Source: Eledone cirrhosa (taxonomy: Eukaryota). From it: a DNA stretch of 64,000 nt. The position numbers and the translations under genes were made by a program. The notes under the pieces are model-generated. The model was not told the origin of the DNA, ran no database searches, and saw only the letters and a program-made list of their open reading frames with translations. Positions 61,263 through 64,000 of this stretch are shown in pieces; the first letter of the stretch is position 1; every line of letters starts with the position of its first letter. The DNA is taken from contig OZ024743.1 of NCBI GenBank assembly GCA_964016885.1, forward strand, positions 168,516,001 through 168,580,000, written 5' to 3'.

Positions 61263-62717
61263 TTCTTCCTTTGTGTCTCTTCCTCACTTCCATTCTCTCA
61301 CTCGCTATCCTTCTCTGGAGGAAATCTGTTATATTCAGACTTGGAGTGGGATGGGCTCCGCCAGGTTTTAAAATGATCTAGAAACGACGTATATCAATAA
61401 GGCACTCCTACGACTCCCCTAGATGTTAGAGAACAAAAATAGAAGAGACAATATCGCAGCAACACGAATTTGCAACAAATTTCGAAACTTCCCTGACGCT
61501 AATACTCTAGAAAAGCACAATCTCTCACGCCTCAGCCACAAATTCGTGATGTGTCACTCGAGTGTGAAATCATATTTAGGGAAAACAATCGAGCACTGTA
61601 TGGGGTTTATTCATACTCAACAATACATATAAAAAAATAATGATAAATTCAATTGACTTCAAGGCTAGAACCAGGACAATTTTAGTGAAATGAAGTAGTT
61701 ACAACCTGGAATTGAAACTAGAGTTACGAATTCGTACTACTAAAAGCTTCGCTTTGCTCCACGCCTGTAACTAATGTAACTAATATAATAGAAATCTAAG
61801 TGAGAAAAGAATTTATAAACAGAAATCAATGAAAATTAAAACATGACAAAATTTTTATCCAATTTCATCCATATCACTTAGCAAGTTTCAGTAACTAAGG
61901 ATTTTGTATGAGATCAGAGAAAAAGAGAAACGTAACACCCACTCTGGTCTATTTTATTCGCCGCGGTTATGGCAAGATAAGTAAGGAAAAGAATAACTGG
62001 GTGTAAATGAAGCCCAGAACATATTAGGTCATAGAGTAGATACTTGAATACTTCGTTTACATGCAGTGTATCAAGGCCAGATTTTCCACGTGGAATCGAT
62101 ATCTCCACAAGTGGCACTCAAATGTACTTTGGAACTTAACGCGGCAAACTAAAAATCATACATCACTTATGAAAGAGTTTCAGTAGCTTAGAGATTTATT
62201 TGTATCCTCTGCAATACTACTTCGCGGCTTTTGGCTGCCTTTGCCAGAGTCCATTCTGTTATAAGCATTCTGGTCCTATCTCCGATCTGAAAATAACTAC
62301 CAGCCTTCCTCCCCAAAGTCTCAAATGACCTGAAATAGAGTATGAGGTGGGGTTGCTTTTTCTCCTTTGACTATGCGATAAAATATATTTACAGTTAGAT
62401 GGTTAGATGAACTAAGATTCAGTAAAGTATAGACTTTTCTCATGAACATTAGCGGAGTAAAGGAAGAGAACATAGCTTCATTCTTAGAATCAGATCACAT
62501 TGAATTAAGCTATATTGTGTAGGTGCTCACTTTTGGTATGTTTTTAGTTTTACTTAGCACTTGTACTCTTAACGTAATTCTCAGGGAGATTCAACATGTC
62601 ACAGTCTGTCCTTTTGAATTACATATTTGCCGGCTGAGTGAACTGGAGCAACGTGAAATAAATGTCTTATTGAAAGACACAATACGTCGTCGAGACCTAT
62701 CCTAACAACTAAACAGA

Positions 62718-62780
62718 ACTACTACTAGTACTACTACTACTACTACTACTACTATTACTGCTGCTGCTGCTGCTGCTGCA
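62718..62780. repeat. (TAC)n-(TGC)n compound microsatellite
   Basis: Direct. Confidence 0.9.
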
Positions 62781-63299
62781 GTCGAAGTAGTTTTCATATT
62801 TTAAGTTCTAATTGCAGGATGACAATTTACATTAATATACATGATGAACAGTAAAAAATAAAAATAAAAATTATATCCCGCCAAGTTTACTCTGATTGTA
62901 ATCGTTATCTTCTGTATCTACGCCTGTTATTCCATTGACCTCTTTTTTTGGTCAGGGTTATCAAGTATCTGTTAGCGGCTAGCCCACACAGCACACCTGC
63001 CAACCTCTAAAAACCCAAACGGGGAGTACCATGAACAAATGTGAGCACAAAGTCATGCTAGAAATAAACTAGGTAGTATGGCTTACAACCTCAAAAACCA
63101 GCGTATACAGCAAGCATTTAGACTTTAACAAGTGATAAAAATTACGATAGTTTCAATAACGTTAATACCTAATCGGAGGGTGGTATTCGTTATAGATTGT
63201 CGGCGATGAGACATACATGTGGTGCTTATCGAACTTGTGATAACATCTCTCGTGTAAACCGCAAAGCTATTTAGGGAGCTTCGCCCCATTGACGCGACA

Positions 63300-63940
63300 T
63301 AGGGGTAGAACCACTTAAGCTTCGGTGAAATGCCTTGGTCAACTTTAACCTTCATCCTTCCCAGTTCAATAAAATAAAGTACTAGTCAAGTACTGGCTCG
63401 ATTTAATCGACTTTCCCCTATCCCCAAATTGCTTTGTATCTAAATTAGAAACCGTTAGTATCTGTCAAGTACTGGGGTCGATTTAATCTAACCCCCCCCC
63501 CCCCCCCCCCCTCGATAACTGGGTGAGTGCCCAAATTAGAAATGTTGAAGGTAGCGGATTTGTAAAATCAACAGAGCGACACAAAAAAAACAATTTGGAC
63601 CATTTATGGTCTGAGTTCGAATCCCGCCGAGGTCTAATTTGCTTTTCATCCTTCTGGAGTCGATAATATATAGTGCCAGTAGACGGTACGATTTAATCGA
63701 CATTCTCCTCCCCACAAATTTATTGGCTTTGTGTCAAAATTAGGATTTCATCTATACAATTTTAGAGAAATTTGTGAGTTGGGAATTAATAGAATCGACA
63801 AATCATCCTACAAATTTTTTTATGGTATTACGTTACGGCTTTTTTTCTTTACATTCTAAGATCAAATACCGTCTAGCTTTGTCTTCCATGCTTCCGGATC
63901 CAAGATAAATAATATAAGGTATCAGTCTAATACTTGCTCG
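63300..63940 (+). mobile_element. Cluster of degenerate SINEs
   Basis: gagttcgaatcccgccgagg...ttttcatccttctggagtcgataa and related fragments. Confidence 0.65.
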
Positions 63941-64000
63941 AAAAACCTTCTACTACATCTTCCTCGCAAAAGTGTGACTTTAGGGATTATTTTTAGTAAA

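Noticed and set aside
59900-63300. Short ORFs in the less repetitive right end
   Set aside because: No recognisable domains or convincing exon structure; small exons cannot be excluded without RNA data

Overview
AT-rich, microsatellite-saturated animal (eukaryotic) DNA, not prokaryotic. The repeat content resembles a cephalopod (octopus-like) genome, which is an inference from recalled SINE sequences. Almost everything recognisable is transposon-derived. It includes a decayed Gypsy (K02A2.6/Mag-like) LTR retrotransposon split by a nested non-autonomous LTR element with a 4-bp TSD, two Helitron Rep/helicase remnants, a CR1/L2-type LINE fragment and many tRNA-derived SINEs. It also holds at least seven Penelope-like element (PLE) remnants (RT and/or GIY-YIG), several of the Naiad type. 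The only host-gene sequence I recognise is an intronless C-terminal NPRL3 (GATOR1) segment, either a terminal exon or a retrocopy. The ORF track misses a dense non-coding layer: about 15 minimal hammerhead-ribozyme-like motifs (including CCGAAGA and CTGAATGA core variants), many foldback/inverted-duplication structures, a conserved 3'-terminal hairpin next to (TA)n, and a tRNA-headed element with PLE-style inversion. Most long YIYI/HTHT ORFs are microsatellite artefacts. All calls were made by eye, and boundaries are approximate unless a TSD is quoted.
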